Shown here piece by piece: positions 1 to 12,777 of a stretch of 64,000 nt of DNA. The notes beneath the pieces are model-generated. The model had not been told where the DNA came from and did not search any database. It saw only the letters and a program-made list of their open reading frames with translations. Source of the stretch: Dendrobates tinctorius (taxonomy: Eukaryota); NCBI RefSeq assembly GCF_039654945.1, contig NW_027361993.1:10416001-10480000 (forward strand). Reading direction: 5' to 3'. A program made the translations under genes and the position numbers. How positions within the stretch are numbered: position 1 is the stretch's first letter; every line of letters starts with the position of its first letter.

Positions 1-986
1 TTGATATCAGGTGATTGCACCTTTTTTCTTTTCGAACCCACGTGAAAAAGCGCATGAAAAATGAACATAGTTCACAGCAATGTAAAAACAACATTGCTGT
101 GTACATGTTCCATTGTTTGATTATTCTTTTTGAACCCTGGAGTTGTTAAAAGAAGTAGCATGTACGCTCTCCTCTACTATAATAGAACATGCAGAGAAAA
201 GACCCTGGCTACGGAGTTGCCCCAAATGCCACTTTAGAAAAAAGACCTCTGGTGTTTTCCTGAAGCGGCTTTGTTTAGGAAAAATGTGCGCTTCTGCTGC
301 TTGAAAAAATAAATGTGTGCATATGAAGGTGCCATCCTTCATGGGATTTCAACCCAGGACCCCTGTGCTGTAAAGCAACACTGCTAACTGCTGCATGAAG
401 ACATTTCTGTTTTTTTTTTCAAATCATGGATCAAAATTACCCACAGTCTAGGGGTTTCTTAAAAATCACTGACAACGCTTGGTGACATCCATGTGCAATC
501 AATGTCTGCTTTTAACATTGCAATAAGTGGGATAACGTTTCAATGTATATATTTACTGCATATAAGAAACTCAAAGATGAAACATTGATGGTAAAAACTA
601 GCACTTACCAAAGACTGATAAAAATCAGATCCAAAACGCTGATGAAAATTGGGCCGTTTTTTTTCCTGTGTGAGAAAAATCAGTGATGTCTGAATAAGCC
701 TTTAAACCAATGCTTTGGTGCAGCTGTCTGACATCAGCTCAGAGACCATCATGTAACTGGGTGTGAAAGTGTGCCTGGCACAGGGTTATGAAAAGTATCA
801 TATACGTATGAGGTAAAAGGAAGTCTTTCTTGTAGTTGTCCTCTCCAGTCCTCACATTACTGCTATGGGAGGTAATAGTTCATTACCAGTGAGGCAATGT
901 TCCTCGAAGCCCCTTGGGTTGTAATGGAGCTTCAGTTCCTGATACATTGTAGGGATAGATACAGTAGAAGCCTTTGGACTTCCTCT

Positions 987-1205
987 TCTCCCAGGCGGTT
1001 GTGATATTTCACACATTTCTACCAGGCACACTTCCAGTCTCATAGACAAGTGCCCTCAATTAGGACTAATGTCCTCAGTTTTCAGAGCCAGGCTGTGATA
1101 TCAAGGAGCTAAGGTGTGAAAGTGTGTTGCTCCGAAGGGGTCCATTCACACTCCGCTCATCAAAGGATAAGGGAGTGAACTATCTAGATCTAAACTGGGA
1201 GAGGA
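987..1205. promoter_or_regulatory. Candidate enhancer, copy A (T-box-like + TCF/LEF motifs)
   Basis: AGGTGTGAAAGTGTG 1112-1126, TTCACAC, ATCAAAG 1159-1165; clearly homologous to 4076-4283. Confidence 0.5.
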
Positions 1206-1974
1206 CAAGTGCATAGGAATTCAAAGACTACAAGTGTGGTTATGTGCAACTGTACCGGGGCCATTTACTGCCTTGGTATTGGCATCCTGGCAGTGTGGTG
1301 GCCTCAGTCTACAACCTCAAGCAACCTTATCCCACATGATTGCCTCCAACTTCCAATGACAGACTGACCATGGACCATAGATAGATGGTGCAAGTCATGG
1401 GAATTCATACTGCTCATCTAAGACAATGATGGTCAACCTGTGCTCTCCAGACAGTTATGGCAAGGAATAAATAACGGCACTCCTGGTTGGTGCTCAAGTA
1501 GGGTCCAAAACCAATTAAGTTTATGAAAAAAATTGACACTAATGAATGTCATGTTTTTTCATATACTCCAGACAGTTATGGCATGTGGCAAGCATTGTAG
1601 TTTCCCAGCAGCTGAAGGGCCACAAGTTGGACACCACTGATGTGAAAGTGGCCATACACATTAGATAGTAGTTTGATTGTTCAACAAACAATCTTTTGGT
1701 AAATGACCATTAAGCCTCCCACAGATATTAGAATAATGTTGGATGAACCCGCCTATATTGTTGAATTCAGGCGACAGTCTAGTGTGTATAAGATCTGAAG
1801 GAGACAAGGATGCCCAATTTCAGACTGACAAACTTTTTGTTCTCACAGAGATAAGCTGCCACAAGACATGTCTGTCACCAACTCTCATAGGTAATAAAGG
1901 AATACTCTGCCGAACAAATGCTCCTGTGTATGAGAGACACGGCTGAGATGGCTGTCAGCTGAACCATGGTGGCC

Positions 1975-3010
1975 CGAAAAAAAAATGAAGAGGCCTCAAC
2001 TTCAAGTTTGCAAACAAGTATGAAAAGTGGACAATAGAAGATTGGAAACAGGTGATGTGGAGCGATGACATGAAAGTCAATAGACTAGGCTCTGATGGGT
2101 GCAAATGGGTCTGGAAGAAACAAGGGAAAAATGGATTGAGAAATTGAAGGAAATGTCAAATTAGGTGGAGGAAGCCTGATGATATGGGGTTGTTTCACAG
2201 CCAAAGGTATTGGATACTTGACCAGGATCAATGGTGGTCTCAGTGCTGAGCTATATGTGAGTATCCTACAAGATGAGTTACCCTATTTTACGGATTATAG
2301 GATGCACTTTTCTCCCAAAACTTGGGGGGGAAATGGAGGTGCATCTTATAATGCGTATATACCTTACCGGTATCGTTGCTGCAGGCTAGGATGAGGGGGT
2401 GTCCGACGGTGCTGCTGGGGTGTCCGGCGGTGCTGCTGGAGTCTTTGGTGCTGCGGGGGGGGGATCTGCTGACATTTTGTGAAAGTCCTGCGTCCCCGCA
2501 GCCCCCGTGGTTTCCTGTGCAGTGGACTTCAGGAAAATGGCTGCCGGGGGGCGGCGAATGCACAGTTGGAGATCTTGGCATCAAGATCTCGGGAGATGAG
2601 ATTTCAGCAGCACCGCCGAGCACCCCAGCACCACCGCCGGGCACCCCCGCAGCACCAGACCCCCACAGCACTGGACCCTTGCAGCGGCGCAATGCACATC
2701 GGAACACCCCCTCATCCCAGCCTGCGGCCTGCAGCATCACCCCACTCCTGCCTCCTCCAGCAGTGACCCTGGGACCCCGCTTCACAGCAGCCACCACCCC
2801 GGGTAAGCAATAAGACGCATGGATTATAAGAAGCACCACCATTTTATTAAAACAAATTTTTTTTCCCATTTTTCTCCTCAAAATTTGGGGTGCATCTTAG
2901 AACCCGGAGCGTTTTATAATCAGAAAAATACGGTACATTGTACACTCGAGTACTATGGATATGAAAATGACGACATAGTGTTCCAGCAGGACAACAAACC
3001 GAACCATACG
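1975..3010 (+). mobile_element. Tc1 transposase fragment split by a MITE
   Basis: Motifs WKQVMWSDD, MIWGCF and ILQDEL|HCTLEYY..IVFQQDN continue across the 2281-2933 insert. Confidence 0.8.
2281..2933. mobile_element. Non-autonomous Tc1/mariner-type element
   Basis: Ends CCCTATTTTACGGATTATA..TATAATCAGAAAAATACGG, TA on both sides, host frame interrupted. Confidence 0.75.
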
Positions 3011-3411
3011 TTAAAGATTTTATATGTTTTCCCCATATTTGCGTGGGTTTCCGACACATTCTCCGGTTTACTCCAGATGATGATGTCCGTAAAACACTAT
3101 GTAATATGATGGCACTGTATACATCACATAAGAAAGAGCTGGTGAGGAGCACAGAGTGTTTTATCTCTGCCCATAAAGAACATCTTACCACTGGAAGTGT
3201 TGGACTTAATTCAATGCTGCGTATACTGTGGTGGTGTTTAGTAGTGAATGCTGCATGCATGTACACACACTCTACAGAAATAATAAAGGGCCAGCGGACA
3301 GAAAGATGGGACCTATGGTCCACCAGGAATCTGCCCATTGGCCGGGCTTGACCAAATAATATTGAGGTCCATAAATAGCCCACAGATCAGAGGTTCCCCT
3401 CACTACCCTTA

Positions 3412-3849
3412 AGGCCCCGTCGCACAAAGCGAGATCGTTAGAGAGATCGCTAATGCGTCACGGATTTTGTGACGCAACAGCGGTCTCGCTACATGTGATA
3501 CATAGCGGCGACCGGCCCCCTCGCTGATCGTGCTCGAATGTCCTGGGCCATTTTTTCATCGTCGGCGTCCCGCTGGCCAGCATGCATCGCTGTGTTTGAC
3601 ACCGACGAGCGACCTCGTTGGCAACGCAGAACTCAGGGACGCAGGCTGGAATCGTTCAGAATAACTACTATGTGACAACACACCAGCGATCCCTAACAGG
3701 TCATATCATTGTCGGGATCGCTGTTGCGTCGTTAAAGAGATGTGCCTGTTTGACATCTTACTAGTGAGCATTTAGCAATACACCAGCGATCCCTACCGGG
3801 TTGTATTGTTGTCGGAATCGCTGGTGCGTCGCTATGTGAAACGGGACCC
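3412..3849. mobile_element. PIF/Harbinger-like MITE
   Basis: TTA-AGGCCCCGTCGCACA..TGTGAAACGGGACCC-TTA; AGCGATC-rich internal inverted repeats. Confidence 0.7.
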
Positions 3850-4075
3850 TTACTCTAGGGTTAGACGTTGATTTATGTTTCCAGGCATGTTTTTCCTGTT
3901 TGTCAAGACATATCAGTATGGAGAGTGAAAGTGTGCTCGGCACAAGCCTTTGAGAAGTGCCATACACATGCTAAAGGGAAACCTCCATTGTGGGTGTGAT
4001 GACACCCACATTACACAGACAACTACAGAAGGACAGTAAGATATACCTATACAATGGGAGTTCTGGTTTCCCTAC

Positions 4076-4283
4076 TCTCCCAGGCGGTTGTGATATCTCA
4101 CACCTGCTTGCCAGGCACACTTCCAGTCTCATGAACAAGTGCCTATAGAGTAATTAGGACTAATGTTCAAGCTGTGATCAAAAGGTACTAAAGTGTGAAA
4201 GTGTGCTGCTGTGATGGGGTCCATTCACACTCAGCTCATCAAAGGACTGGGGTGGCTAGCCACCCAAACCTAAACTGGAGAGC
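4076..4283. promoter_or_regulatory. Candidate enhancer, copy B
   Basis: TCTCACACCT, GTGTGAAAGTGTG 4193-4205, TTCACAC, ATCAAAG 4238-4244; motifs are retained while spacers diverge from copy A. Confidence 0.5.
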
Positions 4284-4637
4284 AAACTTGACACTTGCAA
4301 GTTCAATAACTAAATATCTGCAATGGGTGTTTGATCTATTGTTCATCTACTGTAAAACTTTACCTTGGTTATATAGAATTACCTTTTTATTCTCAAAAGT
4401 AAGACAGACTGATTGGCCCCCCTATTCATTGCTGTCTTTTACTATTTTATCAATAGCAGCGTATCATTAGATGATTCAATAAAAAGGGTTTTTTTTTTAC
4501 CCAAAGAACTAACAAGGCAATGTTCCAGTTTAGCCACTGAGCCATTTTCAAGATATTCATTAAATATATCTAATTTAATTTACTTCATATACACAGTACT
4601 ATTCAAAATGTTTAGGTAAGTGTAGAAAAATGACTAA

Positions 4638-5085
4638 AGGCCCGTCACACACAGCGATCTTGCCAGTGAGATCGCTGATTTTGTGACGCCACAGCGATCT
4701 CACCAGCGAAATCTCTGTGTGTGACATGGATCAGCAATCGGCCCCCCCCCGCCAGGTATCGCTGATCGTGTAGCATCGTCCTGGGCCATTTTTTGATCAT
4801 TGGTCTCCCGCTGGCCAGCGTGCATCGCTGCGTGTGGCAGCGAGAGACCAGCGATCAGCAACGCTGGACGCTGGTTTCCAATGTAAACAGCGGGTATCCA
4901 AGAGCCGTGTGGCTGTTAGATACCCGCTGTTTACATTGGAAAGCAGCTTGCTCGCTGGTCCTGATCACTAGAGGGGCTGTCTATGTGACAGCTCACCAGC
5001 GATCAGCCTAGCGATGTCCCAGCGATCCCATCCATGTCGGATCGTTGGTGGGATCGCTGGGACATCGTTATATGTAACTGGGCCT
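4638..5085. mobile_element. PIF/Harbinger-like MITE (same group)
   Basis: TAA-AGGCCCGTCACAC..GTAACTGGGCCT-TAA. Confidence 0.7.
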
Positions 5086-5089
5086 TAAG

Positions 5090-5765
5090 ACTGAAACACA
5101 GTCATTAACTGAAACAGAAACAGATGTGTATGAGGCTTTAAATTAGGTGAGGAACAGGAAAACTGCTATAAATGTGATGTAACCTATGTAATGGTTGTGG
5201 AAGACAGTTTCATGTCTCAGCTCATGCACCATAGAAAGACTGAGCACAACAACAAAACACAAAGTCATTATAGTGCATCAGCAAGGTATCTCCTGGGTAA
5301 ATATTTTAAATCAGACTGGGGTTTCAAGATGTGCTGTTCAAGCTCTCTTGAGCAAATGGGCAAAGTTGAGGACCTTAGATGCAGTGTTCGGCCAAGGAAA
5401 CTAACTTAGTGTAACAGATGAAAGACATGTCCTGCTTACATCCTTTCAAAATCAGAAGATGACCAGCAGTGGCATAAGCTCTGAACTGGCAATAACCAGT
5501 GGGACCCAGCTAAACTTCTCTACTGTTCAGAGAAGTTTGCCAAAAGTTGTTCTTCATGGATGAATTGCTGACAGAAAACAGTACCTTCCACATGGACACA
5601 AGGCCAAGCGACTCAAGTATAAGCAAAAACATAGGAACTGGAAGAAGAAAAATGGAAGAAGGTGTTCTGGTCTATGAGTCAAAATGTGAAATATTTGGCT
5701 GTAACAGAAGGCTGTTTATTCGCCAAAGGACTGGAGAGCGGTACAATAATGAATGTCTGCAGGAG
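5090..5765 (+). mobile_element. Decayed Tc1 fragment
   Basis: HTH-like QTGVSRCAVQALL and YESKCEIFG (DESKFEIFG-like); many frameshifts. Confidence 0.7.
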
Positions 5766-6119
5766 ATGTGTGGATCCATTGCTTTGGCCCTGTATGTTTG
5801 TTTTTTTTAACATACAGTACTTAAAAAAGGACAAAACACACAAGCCAGAAAGACTGTAGTACATAGGTGAATAAAGAAACACTTTTTTGACACTGAGCTT
5901 AGACGGGTAATATGAACACTATAACATAAAATACTTGTATTAATGATAAAATATTCACTCCTATCATTTTGCAATCATGTTGTAATCTGTGTCATTATTT
6001 TTAAATGCTTCCTAATGATTTTTCAAATAAATTAAATCTGAAAGATTCTCCGCGTGCTTCATTGTCGGTGCCTAGTGCAAAGCAGCAGATGCGCTAAAAC
6101 CTTTTTTTATGGTGTGTTC

Positions 6120-6373
6120 CTTTCCCACACTTTCATGTCTGTCTGCACAATACCCACTCCAGATGCTATCCTGCTCTATCACAGTTTACTGAGACACACG
6201 TCCATTGTCCCCGCAGCAGTGGGATTGGAGGGTGAGTGTGGGAACCTCTTGTAAGTCCGCTCTCCACACATCATTATGCAGGGAGAGGGGTATATAGAGG
6301 GGAGGCCGCTCACTAGTAGTCAGACAGCTCCTGCCCCACACAGCACAAGACTACAGACTGCCAGACCTGCACC
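6120..6373 (+). promoter_or_regulatory. Notch-responsive promoter of copy 1
   Basis: CSL/RBPJ sites TTTCCCACAC (6121) and GTGTGGGAA (6236-6244), inverted CCAAT (GATTGG), SOX-like CATTGT, TATATAG 6291-6297, N-boxes CACTAG 6311 and CACAAG 6344. Confidence 0.8.
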
Positions 6374-7344
6374 ATGGCCCCATGTAATATGAGGACCCCG
6401 GACCATCAGGCTGACAGCGGCCTCAGAAAGGTAAGAGCCCCCCGACTAGTGGCAGCGTCCCCCCCATATATCTACACGTAGAAACTTATAGGAACAGGAG
6501 TCGGATGTTTTCCAAGTTGTCATCCATAGACATGGCCACTGGCGCAGGGTAATAATGAGAGATTCTTCTTTTCTGCAGCTGAGGAAGCCGGTGATTGAGA
6601 AGTTGAGGAGAGATCGCATTAACAGCAGCATTGAGCAGCTCCGCGTCTTACTGGAGAAGGAGTTTCAGAGACATCAGCTCCCCTCCAAACCGGAGAAAGC
6701 CGATATCCTGGAGATGACGGTCACCTTCCTGCAGCGGCACATGGCGGAGAGAGGTAAGTGTCGTGTCCGCACTCCTCACACCCCTCACGTGTTTCTTAAT
6801 GGATGAGTGCTGTGTTTATTATATTGTTTCTTAAAGTAGGGTCATAAATCTGATTATTCTGATCTGACTTTGATGTCATCCGAGTGCGGTCCGATTTTTT
6901 CCACGGATACATAGACTTGCATTCCCAATTTTGTTCAGACACTCGGATCAAAATTGGACGTCTCCGATTTTTTTTCCTCTGTCATGTGAACAGCCCCATA
7001 GAATATCATAGGTATAAGTGCTATCCTTAAAAAACTCTGATAGCACTCGTGTGGGAAAATTGTGTGCATGACCCTTTATAGAGAGCAGAACAGCCGGTGA
7101 TGGACGCTGTCACTGATATGTTGTCTTTCCTGTTCTAGATGTCACAGCCTCCAGCCAGGCCCAGAGAGAAGGCTACTCCACCTGCGCCCAGGACGCCGTC
7201 ACCTTCTTACCAGTCCCGAATCAACAAGATGGCTCCTTCTGCAGTGGCTACCCTGTATCCTATGAGCTGTCTACCATGAAGACTTCTAAGAAAGCAAGTC
7301 CATTCACTGGGAACAAGAATAAATCTATGTGGAGACCCTGGTGA
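6374..7344 (+). CDS. hes5: HES5-like bHLH-Orange-WRPW repressor, copy 1 (145 aa, divergent C-terminus)
   Basis: Exons 6374-6430, 6579-6753, 7139-7344 with GT..AG introns. Spliced protein: MAPCNMRTPDHQADSGLRK|LRKPVIEKLRRDRINSSIEQLRVLLEKEF..KPEKADILEMTVTFL..|DVTASSQAQREGYSTCAQDAVTFLPVPNQQ..KSMWRPW*. RKPVxEKxRRDRINSSIEQL is the HES5-type basic/helix 1. Paralog number cannot be assigned. Confidence 0.93.
6839..7074. mobile_element. Old MITE-like insertion in intron 2 of copy 1
   Basis: Ends GGGTCAT..ATGACCC with internal TCCGATTTTTT inverted repeats; absent from copies 3 and 4. Confidence 0.55.
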
Positions 7345-8991
7345 ATAATGACCAAGGCATTGACCATATCATGGACTGGTCTAAGATGGTCACTTTATGC
7401 CATTATGGTCTATTTGACCCCGGACGATCCTTAGTACATGGACATTTGTGCAGTGATGATGATAATGACGATGAGACGTCCACTCTGCTAGTTAAGGGGT
7501 GACCTAAAGAAGCCAAGCCTTTCTTATAGAAAGTCCTGTTTTTCCTTCTCTTAGGGAAGTTATATTGAAGTTCCTACATCGGGGACAAAATGTTAACTGA
7601 TTATGAGTTGTGTCATTTTTATGTATTTTCACATATGCCTATTTCTGTGGAGCCACATAGTGCGCTCCTCCTATCAATGAAAAGTCCTGCCGTATTTTGT
7701 ACTCAGGCCATGATGCACCCACGACGAGGGTTAGGACCTGATGGACTCTAATAATATGTTCCTTCTCTTCTGTGAAGATGCTATTTAGGGTTAACACTGA
7801 TAATGTGCATTCCTTAGGTAGACCAATGTCTTGGTCTGTAGCAGTTTGGGGGGTTATTGAGTTGGAAAAAGTTTTTTTATGGTTTGTTAAAAAACTTCTG
7901 TAATTTCTGTGAAATGTATTCATTCACATGCCGAATCAATGTCATTCAATAAGTATGAGATGTCGCATTGTGTTACATGCAGATGTTTGGATTTATTACA
8001 TCGCTGTCAGTACCCAATAAAATAAATTATTATTATTACAGAAATGTTTTCATCAATAAATTAATATAAATAAATAAGAAATGCAGAAGTGTTAAAGTAG
8101 TTGTTCAGGATTAGAAAAATAAAATATGTTCTCTTCTTTCTAAAAACAGCCCCATATCTGTCTGCAGATTTTATGTGACATTGCAGCTCATCCCTACTCA
8201 CTTCAATGGTGCTGAGATGCAATACCACACACGGCCTGTAGATAGGTGGGGCACTTTTTTTGGAAGAAAGCAGTCATGTTTTAATTCTTGGCAAAACCTT
8301 AAAACAATACAGTGTAGTAAGTAAAACAACACATTTCATTCTGCTAAAGGGGTTAGTTATTGGTGGTCAGTCCTTAGTCGGTGCTGTGGCCCCAAGACTT
8401 ACCTGGTCAGTGGGGGTGCCAGGACTCAGACCCCCTATAGATGAAATCATCTGACGTAAGGATAGGCCATCAATATTACAATCCTGGTAATAAATGACAT
8501 TATAGCAACTGTTATGACACTTTACTCTACAAGGCCAATAGTTATGGGTGCCAAATCTGTGGCAATATCTGCCTTTCAGGAGCTAGGGATAGCTGGGTGA
8601 CATAGCTAGGGTTTTGGTTCGGGGGGGCGAAACTTCTGAGTGGGCCGCTAACCAGACAACCTCAGCAGATGACCGCGCTGTTGCCAAAAATAATCTATAT
8701 ATAAAAAGACCAGTATTGACATTACCGCCATATGGTCAGTGGTAAATAATACCAGTCCTACAAAACGTATGGTAGATTACAGCAGAGTTACAGATAATGA
8801 CTTACCGCTGACGTTCTTTCTGATGGAATCGTTCACTTTTCCAGTCTTTCCCATCTGGCCCAGACCGACATGACGACTCCTCCAGCCAGGACTCGGCTAC
8901 AGAGAATACAACAAAGACACGTTTCACTTCTCATATTTTCAGCACTGTCACCAATTGGACTATTCTCAACCTGCACAAACTGCTCATCCTG

Positions 8992-9356
8992 CTAATACCC
9001 CAATACTGAGCGGCTGCTGCCGTATGTGTCCCTATTACTGCACCTGATACCCCAATACTGAGCCGCTGCTGCTGTATGTGTCCCTATTACTGCACCTGAT
9101 ACCCCAATACTGAGCGGCTGCTGCTGTATGTGTCCCTATTACTGCACCTGATACCCCAATACTGAGCCGCTGCTGCTGTATGTGTCCCTATTACTGCACC
9201 TGATACCCCAATACTGAGCCGCTGCTGCTGTATGTGTCCCTATTACTTAACCTGATACCCCAATGCTGAGCCGCTGTTGCCATATGTGCCCTATTACTGC
9301 ACCTGATACTCCAATACTGAGTCGCTGCTGCCGTGTGTGTCCCTATTACTGCACCT
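8992..9356. repeat. 52-bp minisatellite (~7 units)
   Basis: Unit CTGATACCCCAATACTGAGCCGCTGCTGCTGTATGTGTCCCTATTACTGCAC. Confidence 0.9.
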
Positions 9357-9404
9357 AATGTGTGGTTCTGTGTGACCTCTAAATTCTAAAGCAACTCTAT
9401 AGAA

Positions 9405-9872
9405 CAGTGGTCCCCAACCTTTCTGACCTTGAGAGCCACATTCAGCTTAGAGAAAGGGTCACGAGCCACATCGATCTCCCACCCCCTTCAAAGTAGTGTC
9501 AACCAAAGCCACCATTACAGGTATAATGATAACCAAAGGTTTTCCACAGAAATCCCCCCAAAGCAGTACACTGAAATCCAGGGGTTCCTACAATACCTCC
9601 ATTCAGTATTCTCCCATCAAGGACTCCCAACACACTGTCACATCCAGCTTCAGGCACCTGCTCCGACAGCTAGTATCATCCTCCAGCGTACCATACCTAA
9701 AACATCTTTAAACCCCTAAGACCAGTGTATGTGCATCCAGATCTGCTATTCTGTTCAGGGCTACTCACAAAATTCACCATTTTGAGATGTGCTCTTCATA
9801 CGTGTTTGCTAAACCTGGAGATAACGCACCAAGCTGGCAGACAGCTGCGAGTCACAATTCATGGGACCCCTG
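9405..9872. mobile_element. hAT-like non-autonomous element
   Basis: CAGTGGTCCCCAA..TGGGACCCCTG ends; imperfect 8-bp flanks ending in TAGAA. Confidence 0.55.
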
Positions 9873-10004
9873 CGCTAGAATATAGTAATGTCGGGTGCAA
9901 GTGCCCTAGAAAACAGGGCCCACATTTTGTCCCCTAGAATGTAATATTGTCCTGTGTGTGCCCCTTTGACGGTCACAGTAATCTGAGTTCCCCTATAACA
10001 ATAA

Positions 10005-10399
10005 AGGTACTGTCACACTAAGCGATATCGCTAGCAATATCACTATAACTTGTGACGTTATAGCGATATTGCTAGCGATATCGCTATGTCTGATACTTAC
10101 CTCCGATCGCTCCCCCGCTGGTTATCGCTGATCGCGCGAGAACGTTCAGGACTGTTTCTCGTCGTCAGCTTCCTGCTGGGCTTCCTGCTGTGACGACGAG
10201 CGACGCGTGGAGCCGGGCGGGAGGACGCAGGATCGCCTGGTGTGACAGGTAAGTAGCGACCCCAGTCCCCAGCGATGTCGCTGGTGAGATCTGCCTGTGT
10301 GGCAACTCATTAGCGACCACATAGCGATGTACTAGCGATCCTGACCGCGTCATATCGCTGGTCGGGATCGCTGGTGCATCGCTAAGTGTGACAGTACCT
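10005..10399. mobile_element. PIF/Harbinger-like MITE
   Basis: TAA-AGGTACTGTCACACT..AGTGTGACAGTACCT-TAA. Confidence 0.8.
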
Positions 10400-10619
10400 T
10401 AAGTGCCCACTTTACATAACAATGTCCCGAATCTCCCCCTGTACAGCTCCACTTTACACAGTATGATGCCCCCTCACTGTATATATACTGACCCCTTAAT
10501 ATCCCCAAACTATTTAATGGCGCCAACACTGTATGATGGCCTCGTCACTATAATCCCCACACTGTATGATGGCCCCCTAGATAGCATCCATATCATAATA
10601 CACCAGATAGTCCTCATTA

Positions 10620-11072
10620 TAGTATAATGCACTCCCCACAGGCAGCCTATTATAATGCACCCCCTATAGGCAGCCTCTATATTGTAGTAAACTCTCATAG
10701 GCAGATTCTGTATTATAATGCACCCCCATAGGCAGAGTCTATAGTATAATGTACTCCCCATAGGCAGTCTCTATATTGTAATGCACCCCCATAGGCAGAG
10801 TCTTTAGTATAATGCACTCCCCATAGGCAGCCTCTATATTATCATGCACCCCCATAAGCAGCCTCTGTATTATAATGTACCCCCATAGGCAGCCTTTGTA
10901 TTATAATGCACCCCCATAGGCAGCCTCTATATTATAATGCACTGCCATAGGCAGCCTTTGTATTATAATGCACCCACATAGGCAGCCTCTATATTATAAT
11001 GCACTGCCATAGGCAGCCTTTGTATTATAATGCACCCACATAGGCAGCCTTTGTATTATAATGCACCCCCAT
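10620..11072. repeat. ~30-bp minisatellite
   Basis: Repeated TATTATAATGCACCCCCATAGGCAGCCTC. Confidence 0.85.
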
Positions 11073-11529
11073 TACAAAAATAATAAATCCAGTACTCACC
11101 TCTCTTTCTCCTGTTTCCTGCGCTGCTTACTGCTCCCGCTCATCTCCTGACAGCGGGCTCCGGGGAGTGACGTCAGCGCGACCGCTGTCAGACGCTGAGA
11201 GGGGGATGATGGGAGAAGGAGCGCTCGCTCCCTCTCTCATCACTGCAGTCAGGTGTATCAGCTGGATGCTGATATAGCTGACCCTGCGATGATGGGTGGG
11301 GGGCCCACTGCTGGCATCGGGCCCCCCCCGCCTGCTCAGGGCCCCATAGCGGTAGTGCAGGGAAATCGAGTCTCCCTGCTCTGTTGCCAAATGTAACTGC
11401 ATTGGCGCTCTGCGCACGCCGATACAGTTACAGTATAGTAGCTCCGGATGGGCCCCTTCAGAGCACAACCATCTAACGGCAATTCTTTCAGCGTTTCTGC
11501 AACATTTTTCACAAACTCAATTGAATGGG

Positions 11530-11815
11530 AAAAATACACATGCAAAAATGTGTAAAAAACAAGCAAAAATGCGTAAAAAACACAAGCAAAGCCGCATAAA
11601 AACAAGCAAAAAACGCATCAAAAAAACGAGCAAAAATGCGTAAAAAATACAAGCAGAGACGCATCAAAAACACAAGCAAAAAACGCGTATAAAACACAAG
11701 CAAAAAACGCGTAAAAAAACAAGCAAAAACACATAAAAAATACAAGCAAAAAACATGTAAGAAACACAAGCAAATTTCGTAAAAGACTCAAGTAAAAATG
11801 CGTAAAAACATGCAT
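11530..11815. repeat. A-rich low-complexity tandem repeat
   Basis: AAAAACAAGC/AAAAACGCGT units. Confidence 0.8.
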
Positions 11816-12777
11816 ATTTTACGCAGCATCTTTCCTGCCAAAACTGAAAAATCTTCTACAAATACCATGTGCACATACTGTAAGGGTCACAATGCGACCC
11901 CATTCATCTATGTTACGCGACCTGTGTCGCTGCCAAAATCGGCATCTAGCCCGATCCTTAACTAGCCAATCTTATTGGGGGGAGGCCATGGCCTGACAGA
12001 CATTACATCTCTACAGAGTATATGGCATAACCATCCTAATTTTTGTTCCCACTTTAACATACACCCTATTGGATAAATATTACAATAATGATTAGTTCAG
12101 ACACCAAGCGGTGATACCAGATAAGTTATATTTTTATAATGAACGCTCATCTGTGATTGCTGTGACAAAGACTTTTGGAGAGTTCTCATAAATCTGCAAC
12201 ATTACTCGTTGTGTAGTCCAGAGGATGTGCGCAACTATACTGGGTGCATCGGTTGCAGTTGCTCCCCCCAAGCCCTTTAGCTTAGGGGGCAAAAAGAAGT
12301 ACAATACTAAATAACAGATTTATTTGGGGTGAGAGATCAGTTCTGCATTTTTTTTTTTTCATAGATTCCTAGTTTGTCAGCACAGAGGCCATGAAGCCCA
12401 CATGTCACATCTTCACCTCCTGAAGACATAAGAAAACATAATTCCTGACTTTGATGGGTGAAGGTGGAGGACACACTTTCACACCTCGGTGCTAGCAGGA
12501 TTCTCAATCTCATCTGTGTTCTGGGGATTGTTGGCAGCTTTGCTTTGTGGGAAGAGACCCCCGGTACAGATAGAGGTATGGTAGGGGTCTGCCATGTGTG
12601 CAGGATTACCATACTCACAGTGCCGACCCATGTAGTTTTTAGAGAAAAAAAGTGAAACACTTATTACTTTCATTTCTAGTAGCAGGTCATGCTGGGAGTT
12701 GTAGTATTCTATGTATAGAATAATATTGTCATTTTTAATAGTAAGTCAATATTGAGAACTGTAGTATTCTATGCATA

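Noticed and set aside
2288-2881. GC-rich ORFs of 95-197 aa
   Set aside because: They lie inside a non-autonomous transposon and show no recognisable domain.
6555-6806. ORF-track proteins starting MRDSSFLQ (also 40083, 46586, 62879)
   Set aside because: They are exon 2 extended into introns; the spliced models replace them.
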